Shown here piece by piece: positions 19,491 to 29,312 of a DNA stretch of 64,000 bases (within the stretch, counting starts at the first letter, position 1; each line of letters begins with the position of its first letter). Origin of the DNA: a virus. A program made the translations under genes and the position numbers. The notes under the pieces are model-generated. The model worked only from the letters and a program-made list of their open reading frames with translations, searched no databases and was not told the DNA's origin. The stretch lies in IMG/VR virus record IMGVR_UViG_3300017778_004456, positions 1-64,000 of that record; one strand, 5' to 3'.

Positions 19491-21179
19491 ATGTCTCTGT
19501 TCAAGCTAGAACGTCAGGGCGCAAACGCCTTCCGGGTGATTGCCGAGAAGACGAGTCCGAGACTTTTTGACACAATCAATCAGTTCCCCGGTCGTAAGCA
19601 GCGGAGCCCCGCTGGGCCGCTGTACGAACTAACGATTGCCAACTTACGCCACTTCACTGAGCGCCATCCCGACCTGCTCATGTGCAGCGCCCTGCACGCT
19701 TGGTATGAGGAAGCGCATGGCGTTAAAATGGTCACACGGTTGGACGTAACTCCAGACACGTTCCGCTACCGGATGCCGCCCATGATTCACCAGAAGACGG
19801 CGATGGACCGCTTCTGGAAGTCAGGGACCTCATACTGGGGACTCTTCTTCGAGATGGGAACCGGCAAGACAAAGACTACGATTGACCTTGCTGGAATCAA
19901 GTTCCTGACGGGACAGATCGACACGATGCTTGTCATCGCGCCGAAGGGCGTCCATACTCAGTGGTCGGTCAAGCAAATCCCGGAGCACATGAGCCCCGAT
20001 GTCAACTTCTTCCAGTACCTCTGGAGACGTTCGGGCTCCAAGTCTGAGGTTGAGCTTCGGGAAGATATCATCAAGAAGGACGAGGACGCACTTCGCATCG
20101 TCTGTATGAACATCGACGCTTTGAACAGTAGCGCCGGATTTGACTTCGCCATGCGCTTCGTGAAGTCTGGTCGCTGCATGATGGTGGTCGACGAATCCAT
20201 TACGATCAAGAACTATCGCGCTCAGCGTACGAAGAATACTGTGGAACTCGGAGCCGAGTGTGTCGCTCGCACTATACTCAATGGCGCGCCGATCTCTAAC
20301 GGTCCCCAGGACATATTCGGTCAGATGCTCTTCCTGTCGGCCAGCATCCTTGGAAGAAGCTTCATTCAGTTCCAGCATCAGTTCCTGGTGATGGGCGGCT
20401 TCCAAGGGCGTCAGGTTGTGGGTCACAAGAACCTCGAGCATCTGCAGCAGATCATTGACAAGCATTGCTTCCGCGTATTGTCGTCAGACTGTATCGATCT
20501 TCCCGAGCAGAACTTCATGGATCGATTCGTCGAGATGACCGACGAACAGGATGAGTGGTATCGCAAGGTCAAGGAAGATATTCTTGTCGAGATGAGTAAT
20601 GGAGACGTCCTGGATACCTCCCAGGTGACCACGAGGTTCATCAAGCTTCAGCAGGTTTGCTGGGGATACATTAGGGATGCTGAGGGTGTCCCAACGCGCA
20701 TCGCGAACAACCGCGTGGACGCTGTGATAGACATTCTGGACGAGACCCGTGTCGAAGGGAACCGACGCACACCGACACTCGTCTTTTGTCGATTCCGTGA
20801 GGAGATCGCTATGATCGCGGAGCGGCTGCGGGATGAGAAGATATCCTTCAGGGAGTTTCACGGTGGCGTCTCCGGTACAGAGCGAGATCAAGCCTGTACG
20901 GACTTCCAGAACGGTGAGTTCGACGTCTTCATCATCAACTCGGCGGGCTACCGAGGTCTCGATCTCTGGCGCGCACGTCAGGTGATCTGGTATTCACTGA
21001 CATTCTCGTTGGATGAATACTCTCAGGCAAATAAGAGGCCTCACAGGGTTGGCCAGACTTACCCGGTCCGCTATATTCACCTTATCTCACCGGGCACCCT
21101 GGACGTTCGTCTTGTCAAGGCTCTGCACCGGAAGGCAACCGTAGCTGAGATGCTACTTGACATCAGGGAGTCACTATGA
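19491..21179 (+). CDS. SNF2-like SF2 helicase
   Basis: EMGTGKT Walker A, DES Walker B, GLDL and QANKRPHRVGQ motif VI; AAGGA RBS before ATG 19491. Confidence 0.9.
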   Translation: MSLFKLERQGANAFRVIAEKTSPRLFDTINQFPGRKQRSPAGPLYELTIANLRHFTERHPDLLMCSALHAWYEEAHGVKMVTRLDVTPDTFRYRMPPMIHQKTAMDRFWKSGTSYWGLFFEMGTGKTKTTIDLAGIKFLTGQIDTMLVIAPKGVHTQWSVKQIPEHMSPDVNFFQYLWRRSGSKSEVELREDIIKKDEDALRIVCMNIDALNSSAGFDFAMRFVKSGRCMMVVDESITIKNYRAQRTKNTVELGAECVARTILNGAPISNGPQDIFGQMLFLSASILGRSFIQFQHQFLVMGGFQGRQVVGHKNLEHLQQIIDKHCFRVLSSDCIDLPEQNFMDRFVEMTDEQDEWYRKVKEDILVEMSNGDVLDTSQVTTRFIKLQQVCWGYIRDAEGVPTRIANNRVDAVIDILDETRVEGNRRTPTLVFCRFREEIAMIAERLRDEKISFREFHGGVSGTERDQACTDFQNGEFDVFIINSAGYRGLDLWRARQVIWYSLTFSLDEYSQANKRPHRVGQTYPVRYIHLISPGTLDVRLVKALHRKATVAEMLLDIRESL

Positions 21180-21784
21180 CGGAAGATACCTTTGGTGAAC
21201 AGATCATGTTCACTGACGATGACATCCAGAAGCCAGACCTTCTGGCAACTCGCGAGACGGGACTCCGCTGCGGAGAACTGATCGACGAGATGTTCAAGCT
21301 GAACTCGGAGGTGAACACTCTCGAGAAGACTGTCGAGGACAAGAAGGCCCGGATCAAGGAAATCTCAGAAGAGATGCTTCCTGGTCTGATGGCTTCGATG
21401 AACGTCGCCGAGTGGAAGTCCCTCTCGACCGGCGCGAAGGTGAAGCTGGAGGGTGTCTGCCGCGCCAGCCTGAAGAAGAAATCGCCCGACGACGTTGCTC
21501 TTCACGAGAACTTGGTCAGCTATCTGGCCGAGCAGGGTTACGACGCTATCGCCAAGCGGGAAGTCGCGGTCTACTACTCCGCAGACAAGGCTGCCGAGGC
21601 GAAGCTGCTTCACGCAGAGTTGGAGTCCCGCCAAGTTCCGGTCTCGATGGCGATCGACATCCACCACTCGACTCTGTCTGCGACCCTTCGGGAGATCAGC
21701 AAGCAGGGCGGCGTCCTTCCGGACCCTGAGAAGACCGGTATCAATCTCTACCAAGCGACTGTCGCCAAGATCACGCTAAAGTGA
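21176..21784 (+). CDS. conserved phage hypothetical protein (replication module)
   Basis: 202 aa with LPGLMA...IHHSTLSA pattern, between helicase and SSB-like gene. Confidence 0.7.
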   Translation: MTEDTFGEQIMFTDDDIQKPDLLATRETGLRCGELIDEMFKLNSEVNTLEKTVEDKKARIKEISEEMLPGLMASMNVAEWKSLSTGAKVKLEGVCRASLKKKSPDDVALHENLVSYLAEQGYDAIAKREVAVYYSADKAAEAKLLHAELESRQVPVSMAIDIHHSTLSATLREISKQGGVLPDPEKTGINLYQATVAKITLK

Positions 21785-21856
21785 GTTGCGTGACGCCGTG
21801 CCTGCTTTATTACTAGGCGGGCCGCACTGGCAATAACGAAATCGGAGTAACGACTA

Positions 21857-22699
21857 ATGTCTGAAGATACAAAGAACGATCTGACTGTCACCAAGTTCGG
21901 CTCGCAGGACGTGGCGATCTTTAACGACGAGGACTTCGGCGCTGGCTTCCAGGAGATGGACAGCTCGCACACTATTGTCCCGATCCTGAAGATCATCCAG
22001 GCCCTCTCGCCGCAGCTCCAGAAGTCCAAACCGCAGTACGTCAAGGAAGCCAAGTCCGGCATGTTCGTCATCTCGTCAACCAACGAGGTTCTCGACGGCG
22101 AAGAAGTCGGCGCGACGGTGATCCCGGTCTACTTCTCGACCAAGTTCATCGAGTGGCGTCCGCGTGCGGCTGGCGGCGGCATCGCTGCTCGCTACAAGTC
22201 TCAAGCTGAGTTCGACCGGATTCCCGGCACGATGAAGCGCGAGGACAAGGCGGGTTGGATCACCAAGGACGGCAACGAGATCATCGAGTACTATGATTTC
22301 TTCGCCTTCCTTCTGAAGGACGGTGTGTTCTCGCCGATCCTTCTCTCCTTCAAGGGCAGCGCAATCCGGACCGCCAAGGTCTGGAACTCGCAGCTCAAAG
22401 GTCAGACCCAGAATGTCGGCGGCAAGCTCCGTCAGCTTCCCATGTTCTCCTACAGCTGGACTCTCCGCACTCAGGAGCAATCCAACTCGCAGGGATCGTG
22501 GCACGGTCTGGTGATGTCTCGCGACAAATACATCGGCGAGATTGAGAACGGTGCTGCCATCGTTGCTGAGGCCCGTCTGCTTGTGGCGAACATCGTCGCC
22601 GGCACGGTTCGCGGCGCCGAGGAAAGCGAGGAGGACGGCGACGTTGCTGGTCCTGCTGGCGGCAAAGTCGGTGCGACTGGTAGCGACACCCTGAGCTAA
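21857..22699 (+). CDS. putative ssDNA-binding/annealing protein
   Basis: PILKIIQALSPQ, FIEWRPR...GG, NSQGSW, acidic C-terminal tail, replication-module context. Confidence 0.6.
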   Translation: MSEDTKNDLTVTKFGSQDVAIFNDEDFGAGFQEMDSSHTIVPILKIIQALSPQLQKSKPQYVKEAKSGMFVISSTNEVLDGEEVGATVIPVYFSTKFIEWRPRAAGGGIAARYKSQAEFDRIPGTMKREDKAGWITKDGNEIIEYYDFFAFLLKDGVFSPILLSFKGSAIRTAKVWNSQLKGQTQNVGGKLRQLPMFSYSWTLRTQEQSNSQGSWHGLVMSRDKYIGEIENGAAIVAEARLLVANIVAGTVRGAEESEEDGDVAGPAGGKVGATGSDTLS

Positions 22700-22710
22700 G
22701 AACGATAGAT

Positions 22711-22748
22711 AAGTTCGCCCTTGCGTGCGAGGGCGAACTTGTTACTAT
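22711..22748 (+). promoter_or_regulatory. inverted repeat overlapping promoter
   Basis: AAGTTCGCCCT...AGGGCGAACTT (22711-22740) overlaps TTGCGT-N16-TACTAT. Confidence 0.6.
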
Positions 22749-22778
22749 GTGTGCATGGTCAGCAAAAAGGAGTATCCA

Positions 22779-23414
22779 ATGACCGACGTGACTGAAACCA
22801 CCGCCGACGAAGCCAAGCCCCAGAAGCTCGAGAAAGCCAATCAGAAGTTCTACCTTGGGACCGCCGCCTGCCGCAAGGGCAAGATCTACGACGCTCTCCG
22901 CGCTTTTGTCTTCGCGAACCCCGGCATGACGCGCGCCGAACTCATCGCCTCCGCCGACTTGAAGGTCGCTATGGGCGGAACGCGCAACCCAGACGCTCGC
23001 AAGCAGGCGATCGTCAATGATGCCTACGTCAACGGCTATCTCTCCGGCGGACTGCGTCGCAACTTCCTCACCGACAAGGCTGACGAAGCTGCTACGGAGA
23101 TCACGTTCATCGAGACCGGCAAGGCTGTCTCCGACAAGGTCGGCGCCGGCGAACTGACGAAATCCGGCCGCGAGTTCCTGAACATGGTCGCCGGCATCCT
23201 GACGGAAGCAGGCGTCGCTGCTGATCACCCGGTCAGCGCCGAGACGCTCGAGAAGAAGCTGGGCCGTCCTCTGGCTCTGTCGGCTCGCACGATCTCGAAG
23301 CTGGAAGCTGACGGCTACCTCGACGTCGAGCGTGCCAAGGACGACAAGGGCGAAACGACCAAGAAGATCCTCTCGGTCAGCATCCTGAAATCGGCGCCAG
23401 TCGACGGCGAGTAA
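22779..23414 (+). CDS. putative winged-helix DNA-binding protein
   Basis: AAGGAG RBS; own promoter and terminator; C-terminal TLEKKLGRPLALSARTISKLEADGYLDVER resembles wHTH. Confidence 0.6.
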   Translation: MTDVTETTADEAKPQKLEKANQKFYLGTAACRKGKIYDALRAFVFANPGMTRAELIASADLKVAMGGTRNPDARKQAIVNDAYVNGYLSGGLRRNFLTDKADEAATEITFIETGKAVSDKVGAGELTKSGREFLNMVAGILTEAGVAADHPVSAETLEKKLGRPLALSARTISKLEADGYLDVERAKDDKGETTKKILSVSILKSAPVDGE

Positions 23415-23440
23415 TCGCCTAACTACCTCCACCCGCGACG

Positions 23441-23466
23441 ACGGGCGACCTTCGGGTCGCCCGTTT
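23441..23466 (+). terminator. intrinsic terminator with C(UUCG)G loop
   Basis: ACGGGCGACC-TTCG-GGTCGCCCGT-TT. Confidence 0.75.
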
Positions 23467-23480
23467 GCAGGACGACTTCA

Positions 23481-24356
23481 ATGGAAATTGTACCGGATCA
23501 GTTTGATCGCCTCGTGGCGTATATGCACGAGCGCGAACGAATTAGGATAAGGAAAGAGGCTGGACAGCCCTTCCCGTGGTCTCAGGACATAATCTTTCAA
23601 TCCGCCCGCTTCACGAACATCCGTAGATCTGATGATAAGACCACGAGATGGCTTAAGAACAACTGGATCACGCCGAACAAGGGCAAGGATCCTCTCGCAG
23701 AGTTTCGGAACGTAGCGATCTTCCGCTGGGTTGGAACCATCGAGTTCGCCCAGACTTACGGATGGCAACCTCACTGGAGCAAGTCTCGACTGATCGCTGT
23801 CATCGAGGGTATGATGGCTCAGAAGCGAAGACCGTTCACATCTGCGTATGTCATCTCTAACTTCGGCCTGAAGGGCTCGAAGGCGGCAGTAGTCGGAAAC
23901 GTGATCGACGAGCTGAACAACAAGCTGGAAGCTCTGATCGTACACGTCGACGAGCACCAGACATGGGAGTCAGCCGATACGTTCCTGCGTGACAATGTCT
24001 CAGGATTCGGCGGTACGGGCTTCATGTCCAAGGAAGTTCTAACAGATGCTATGGAGACCTCGTTCTTCGGACCTGTGACTGATCTGTTCACCTGGAGTCC
24101 TTTCGGACCCGGCGCTCGCCGTGGTCTGGTGAGAGCGTTCGGTCAGCCTCTGGAGAAGAAGATAAACGCAGATGTTGCACTGAGGCTGGGAAGGGCGTTA
24201 TATTCTGCCTTAAGTCACGGCGTACTAGATGCTGATATGCCTCAGCCCTACAAAGATTTCACTCTTCACGATCTTCAGTTCGTGATGTGTGAGTTTGACA
24301 AGTACGAACGTATCCGCCTGGGACAAGGCCGCTCGAAAAGGGGTTACTCGCAATGA
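23481..24356 (+). CDS. 5-hydroxymethyl-dU DNA kinase-like protein (aGPT-Pplase1 family)
   Basis: ERERIRIRKEAG.PFPWSQD.IFQ.ARFTNIRR.DDKTTRW N-terminus, GPGARRGL, CEFDKYER. Confidence 0.85.
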   Translation: MEIVPDQFDRLVAYMHERERIRIRKEAGQPFPWSQDIIFQSARFTNIRRSDDKTTRWLKNNWITPNKGKDPLAEFRNVAIFRWVGTIEFAQTYGWQPHWSKSRLIAVIEGMMAQKRRPFTSAYVISNFGLKGSKAAVVGNVIDELNNKLEALIVHVDEHQTWESADTFLRDNVSGFGGTGFMSKEVLTDAMETSFFGPVTDLFTWSPFGPGARRGLVRAFGQPLEKKINADVALRLGRALYSALSHGVLDADMPQPYKDFTLHDLQFVMCEFDKYERIRLGQGRSKRGYSQ

Positions 24357-25207
24357 ACGACATCACGGTCTTCATTCCGACCAAGGGTCGACTGGACAAG
24401 CAGTACACCTACGACATCGTCAAAGCGACCGGGAATCACTTGCCGATTCTGGTCTGCCCTCCGGAAGAGGTTCCGGAGCACGAGAAGCGTGGTCGTCGAG
24501 CCGTTGGCTTCGCTCACGCGTACCTGAGTCAGTCGATCGACCACATCATTCACTTCCTGGCACACACGGATCGTGTGATCATCATGGATGACGACCTGAG
24601 GTTCTCCAGGCGTATCAGCAAGGACGACTGGAAGCTTCGGATGGCAGACCCAACCGATATTCGGGACATGATCGATCAGATCGCCGACCTGCTGACTGAA
24701 CATCCTATGGTGGGTGTGTCTGCTCGCCAGAACAACAACAATCTCACCGCCGATCACCATACGATAGCGATGCGTCAGTCCCAAGTTCATGGGATCTACG
24801 TTCCGTTCTTCAAGGAGCATGGGATCCATCCAGACAACGTCATTCTGAAGAGCGATTTCTTCATGACGCTGAATGTCCTGACACGAGGTAAGTCGAACGC
24901 CGTCCTGACGCAGTTCACCGTTGATCAGGCTGGCGGTTCCAACGCGCCGGGTGGAGTCAGCATCTATCGCTCGGTCGATTCGATGAACAAGGCGGCGATC
25001 CTTCTCCAGAACCTCTTCCCACAGTTCGTGAAACTCCGGGAGAAAACTACGAAGTGGAAGGGTCTCGAGACCTCCTTCATGGATGTGACTATATTCTGGA
25101 AGAAGGCTCTGGAGGCGGGACAACGCGGAGGTTGCCCGATGCCTGCCGAACCTGTATATTCCGATGAACAGCCAGCCCCACAGCAAGACCGGAGAGCCGC
25201 CATATGA
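24353..25207 (+). CDS. GT-A fold glycosyltransferase (DNA base glycosyltransferase-like)
   Basis: VFIPTKGR start, IIMDDDL DxD motif, SNAPGGVS; overlaps both neighbouring genes. Confidence 0.75.
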   Translation: MNDITVFIPTKGRLDKQYTYDIVKATGNHLPILVCPPEEVPEHEKRGRRAVGFAHAYLSQSIDHIIHFLAHTDRVIIMDDDLRFSRRISKDDWKLRMADPTDIRDMIDQIADLLTEHPMVGVSARQNNNNLTADHHTIAMRQSQVHGIYVPFFKEHGIHPDNVILKSDFFMTLNVLTRGKSNAVLTQFTVDQAGGSNAPGGVSIYRSVDSMNKAAILLQNLFPQFVKLREKTTKWKGLETSFMDVTIFWKKALEAGQRGGCPMPAEPVYSDEQPAPQQDRRAAI

Positions 25208-26262
25208 CGAGAGTGATTTCTTCAGAGAAAGGCGGTATCGGTACTATCGTCGCTACTGATGTCGATTCTGCAATCGTTTCAGCAGTGAAGCTTCTGAAGG
25301 AGGAAGGTCTCGAGATCGCCAGCCGCGCGGGTCCGACTTTGGAGTATCCGACCCCAGTCGTTACGATCTATAAGAATCCTTCCCGCAAGGTCAGCTTCAT
25401 GGAGGCACGGGATGCAAACCCATTCTTCCACCTGTTCGAGTCGCTCTGGATGCTGGGCGGCGGAGACGATCTCCCTTCACTCCTGATCTTCAACTCAAAG
25501 TTTGGACAGTTCTCAGATGACGGCAAGACTATTCGGGGTTCAGCATACGGTCGTCGCTGGCGAACATGGTTCGGTCACGATCAGCTCACGGACGCTGTCC
25601 AGAAGCTCAAGAACACGCCTGGAGACCGCCGAGTGGTTCTTCAGATGTGGGATGCTTTCTCTGATCCTGTGGTGCAGTCGAAAGATGTCCCCTGCAACAC
25701 CGTCTGCTACTTCCGATGCCGAGATGGTAAGACATTGGACCTCACAGTCTCCAACAGAAGCAACGATGCTATCTATGGAGCCCTCGGAAGCAACGTCGTA
25801 CACTTCAGTCTTCTGCTTGAATACGTGGCTTCGTCAGCAGGTCTTGAAGTCGGCACGTACTATCAATTCTCTAACTCCTACCACGGATACGTGGAGAATC
25901 CTATCTTCGCCAAACTTCTCTCTGGCTCTACAGCTCCTGCGACGTATGAGAAGATGGGTGTCCAAGCCTTCCCGCTGAACTCTGAGGACGGCGCGATCAA
26001 CGAGGACATCATGCTTCTTATGAAGTTCGTCAGAGAAGTTGCGGAGTCTCCTGACAAGAATTACATCACCCTGATGACTTCTCTGAATGAGCGGGTCTGG
26101 AACACCGAGTTCTTCCGCAAGGTGGTTGGCCCGATGATGATCGCCTACTTCTCCTGGAAGACCAGCGGCGGCATCAAGTGGGCGCAGAAGAACTTCAACA
26201 TGACGATTGACTGGCACAATGCCTCGATGCGATGGCTCGAACGGAGAATGAAAAATGGCTGA
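25204..26262 (+). CDS. thymidylate synthase homologue, probable dUMP hydroxymethylase
   Basis: RDANPFFHLFESLWML, catalytic DVPCN, NRSNDAIYGALGSNVVHFS (Asn at the dUMP-specificity position), SYHGY. Confidence 0.85.
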   Translation: MTRVISSEKGGIGTIVATDVDSAIVSAVKLLKEEGLEIASRAGPTLEYPTPVVTIYKNPSRKVSFMEARDANPFFHLFESLWMLGGGDDLPSLLIFNSKFGQFSDDGKTIRGSAYGRRWRTWFGHDQLTDAVQKLKNTPGDRRVVLQMWDAFSDPVVQSKDVPCNTVCYFRCRDGKTLDLTVSNRSNDAIYGALGSNVVHFSLLLEYVASSAGLEVGTYYQFSNSYHGYVENPIFAKLLSGSTAPATYEKMGVQAFPLNSEDGAINEDIMLLMKFVREVAESPDKNYITLMTSLNERVWNTEFFRKVVGPMMIAYFSWKTSGGIKWAQKNFNMTIDWHNASMRWLERRMKNG

Positions 26263-26866
26263 TGGCTCGCCGGACTACGGCATTCCGCTGACAGCCTCTG
26301 AGCTCTGGCTCAGCGGCAAGGTGATTCGCTACCATGCTTCCCCCACGATTAAGCATCAGACCACGGGCGAACACGCATGGGGCGTCGCCATCATGTGCAA
26401 GATTCTGTTCCCGGAGAAGTTCGCACAGCTCGTGGAATATCTCTTAACGCACGACGCGCCGGAGCTGGTCCTGGGAGACTGGCCTTATCCCGCCAAGAAG
26501 TTGATGAACGTCTACGAGCGTGAGGCTGAATGCGAAGCGGCGCTGATGTCTCCGTGGCAGAAGCCTCCGGGCTTCATGTCCGAGGAGGACGCGATCATCT
26601 TCAAGGTCTGCGACATCGTCGAGCTGCTGATGCAGACGGCATACGAGATTGGCCTCGGAAACAATCACGTCGGCTATATTCATCGCAACGGTGAGCGTGT
26701 CCTGATGTCCCTTCTGATCAAATTGGAGGAGACGTCGAAGGGTGCTTATCGCGCGACGGCGGTCCACGCTAAGGTGAAGGATGTTGTCAGCCGGATCATA
26801 AAAGATCAGGTTGAGCGCTATCTGCCTTCCCAGCCTAAGATGCAAGTTACCGAACAGGAGTCCTAA
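26255..26866 (+). CDS. HD-domain 5'-deoxynucleotidase-like protein
   Basis: VIRYH...QTTGEHAW...LTHDAPELVLGD.P.PAK...KVCDIVE (YfbR-like HD motifs). Confidence 0.85.
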   Translation: MADGSPDYGIPLTASELWLSGKVIRYHASPTIKHQTTGEHAWGVAIMCKILFPEKFAQLVEYLLTHDAPELVLGDWPYPAKKLMNVYEREAECEAALMSPWQKPPGFMSEEDAIIFKVCDIVELLMQTAYEIGLGNNHVGYIHRNGERVLMSLLIKLEETSKGAYRATAVHAKVKDVVSRIIKDQVERYLPSQPKMQVTEQES

Positions 26867-27270
26867 TGTCCGCGAACGCAATCCAAATTGGCGGCTCTCA
26901 CTACAAGGGCGAGTATCAGCACTGGGACTGGGTGTCGGACTGCAGCATTCACTATCTGATGGGCTGTGCAACGAAGTACGTGGTCAGGTGGCGCAAGAAG
27001 AACGGTCTCCAAGACCTCGAGAAGGCGAAGCACTATCTGATGAAGATGGAGGAGCTGATCGTCGAGGGTCGCTATCGTCCGACCGGGACCGCTCTCGAGC
27101 TTCGTCAGCGCCGAGCGCTTACCGAGATGTTCATTCGGGACAACTGCGTCGATCCTACCGAAGCTCAGTTCATCTACGTCTGCGCGCTCTGGGATGATCC
27201 TGAGGAACTCGCCGTAGCTGCTCAGGCTATCGATAGTCTGATCATGGTGGCTTCGGCAGACAAATTCTGA
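26866..27270 (+). CDS. DUF3310 (SaV-like) putative nucleotide kinase
   Basis: QIGGSHYK...GCATKYVVRWRKKNGLQDLEKAKHYL. Confidence 0.85.
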   Translation: MSANAIQIGGSHYKGEYQHWDWVSDCSIHYLMGCATKYVVRWRKKNGLQDLEKAKHYLMKMEELIVEGRYRPTGTALELRQRRALTEMFIRDNCVDPTEAQFIYVCALWDDPEELAVAAQAIDSLIMVASADKF

Positions 27271-27309
27271 CGCCGGGGTCACCACATAAAGAAACTGCGT
27301 TGAGCAGCG

Positions 27310-27368
27310 CGCCGGGGTAAGTTACAGCTTACCCCGGCGTTGACAATGCGTAACCTCGCACATACAGG
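27310..27368 (+). terminator. hairpin abutting probable polymerase-operon promoter
   Basis: CGCCGGGGTAAG/CTTACCCCGGCG 12 bp stem directly followed by TTGACA at 27340. Confidence 0.6.
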
Positions 27369-27374
27369 ATTTAC

Positions 27375-29312
27375 ATGTCCGATCTTATCTCCAGGCTGAT
27401 GGGCTGGTTCGCAGGGACCGTTACCGCGATCGACTTGGAGACCTACGACCCTCTCCTTGAGGAGCGTGGTCCGGGTTGGGCATTCGAGAACGCTGGTCAC
27501 ATCATTGGTGTCAGTCTCGCCTCCGAGAAGAAGGCGGTCTACTTGCCGATTCGGCACAAGTGCTGGGAGGCAACTCCCGGTGACTACCCGCACCAGAATG
27601 ATCTCGACGACAAGCCCTTCACTGAGAACTATGATCCCGAAGAGGTCATGGAGTTCCTTCGCCGCCTGATGGTTGAGAGCGAGGAGCCTGTGATTTTCGC
27701 CAACGCGAACTACGATCTGGGCTGGCTCGAGACTGAGGGCAAGGTCTGGGAGCATCGCCGGCGCGTCGAAGATGTTCAGATGCAGGCTCCGCTGCTGGAC
27801 GAACACTCCAGAAGCTTCGGCCTGGATATGCTGGGCCTCAAGTATTCCGAGAAGGGTCTTACGAAGCTGGGCGGCGATCTTGTCTCGCTGGGCAAGTCCC
27901 GCGGATACAGGTCCAAGGGCGCGGTGATGAAGTCTCTTGCCGAGTTGCCGATTGGTGTGGTCGCAGCCTACGCGGTTCGGGATGCCGAGGTTACTCTCGA
28001 CGTCTGGTATACTCTGACTAAGATGATCGAGCAGCAGAACCTACAGCGCGTCTACAGCGAGCTGGAGATGCCTCTGCTTCCGTATCTGCGACAGGCTCGA
28101 CGCCGTGGGATTCGGGTCGACATGGCTCGCGCTGAGGAGGTTGCCCATCAGTTCCTGAAGCTTGAGGAAGAGGCAACCGCAAAGCTCAAGCACGAGACCG
28201 GGATCGACCTCACCGGAGACCTCTGGAAAGCCGAGAAGGTCGCCAAGGTTCTGGATTACGCAGGGATCCCATACCCTCTGACTCCCAAGACCAAGAAACC
28301 TTCCATCGACAAGGACTTCCTGAACGACATCGACAACCCGATCACCGACATGATTCTTCAGGCGCGCAAGTTCGAGAGAGCTCGCAGCACCTTCGTCGAG
28401 GGCTTCGTGATGAACGGCTCGATCAACGGCCGGATTCACTGTCAGCTTAACTCCCTGAAGTCTGACGATGGTGGTACTATCTCTGGACGCTTCTCCTGCT
28501 CCGACCCCAACCTTCAGCAGATCCCTGCACGCGACCCTGAGATTGGTCCGCTTGTCCGGAGCTGTTTCCTGGGCGACGAGGAATGCGACTGGGTGTCCAT
28601 GGACTACTCTCAGCAGGAACCGCGTTGGATGGTGGAGATGGCTCTTCGCTGCGGGTTCACATCTTCGCTGCCGTTCGTGGAAGCTTATCAGAACAACCCC
28701 AAGACAGACTTCCACCAGCTTAACGCTGACATCGCCGGCATCAAACGGAAGGAGGCCAAGGAGATTGGTCTGGGTCTCGCGTATGCGATGGGTGGCGGCA
28801 AACTCGCCCGGAAGCTGGGTCTGGAAATTGAACTCAAGACTTTCCGTGATCGGCGTACTGGCGAGATGGTCGAGTACGAGGCGGCGGGTAAGGAAGCCCA
28901 AGCTATCATTGACAAGTTTCACCGGGGCTCGCCATACATCAACGACCTCGACAAGATGTGCCGCGGTCAGGTTCGCTCGAAGGGTTATCTGCGGACACCG
29001 CTCGGTCGACGATTCAGGTTCCCGATTCTACCTACCGGCGAGCAGTGGAAACCTCACAAGGCGATGAACGCTCTTATCCAAGGTTCTGCCGCTGACGAGA
29101 CAAAGACCGCCATGCTGGCCCTTTACAGAGCAGGCATCCCGCCTATACTTAGTGTTCACGACGAGGTAGCACTGACGCACACTCGAGATCGTGAAGTTAT
29201 CCGGGCGGCTGCGAACATTATGATCAACGCTGTTCCGAAAACTGTGCCGTCCATGGTCGACATTGAAGTCGGCAGGTCGTGGGGCGAATGTGTCGCATTG
29301 GAGACAGAGTGA
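27375..29312 (+). CDS. family A DNA polymerase with 3'-5' exonuclease
   Basis: AIDLET exo I, TISGRFSCSDPNLQQIP, DYSQQEPR motif A, RKEAKEIGLGLAY motif B, VHDE motif C. Confidence 0.95.
   Translation: MSDLISRLMGWFAGTVTAIDLETYDPLLEERGPGWAFENAGHIIGVSLASEKKAVYLPIRHKCWEATPGDYPHQNDLDDKPFTENYDPEEVMEFLRRLMVESEEPVIFANANYDLGWLETEGKVWEHRRRVEDVQMQAPLLDEHSRSFGLDMLGLKYSEKGLTKLGGDLVSLGKSRGYRSKGAVMKSLAELPIGVVAAYAVRDAEVTLDVWYTLTKMIEQQNLQRVYSELEMPLLPYLRQARRRGIRVDMARAEEVAHQFLKLEEEATAKLKHETGIDLTGDLWKAEKVAKVLDYAGIPYPLTPKTKKPSIDKDFLNDIDNPITDMILQARKFERARSTFVEGFVMNGSINGRIHCQLNSLKSDDGGTISGRFSCSDPNLQQIPARDPEIGPLVRSCFLGDEECDWVSMDYSQQEPRWMVEMALRCGFTSSLPFVEAYQNNPKTDFHQLNADIAGIKRKEAKEIGLGLAYAMGGGKLARKLGLEIELKTFRDRRTGEMVEYEAAGKEAQAIIDKFHRGSPYINDLDKMCRGQVRSKGYLRTPLGRRFRFPILPTGEQWKPHKAMNALIQGSAADETKTAMLALYRAGIPPILSVHDEVALTHTRDREVIRAAANIMINAVPKTVPSMVDIEVGRSWGECVALETE

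Noticed and set aside
25204-26262. Call as dCMP hydroxymethylase or ordinary ThyA
   Set aside because: Asn rather than Asp at the specificity position, a neighbouring hmU-kinase-like gene and dCMP deaminase favour dUMP hydroxymethylase. Ordinary TS activity is not formally excluded.
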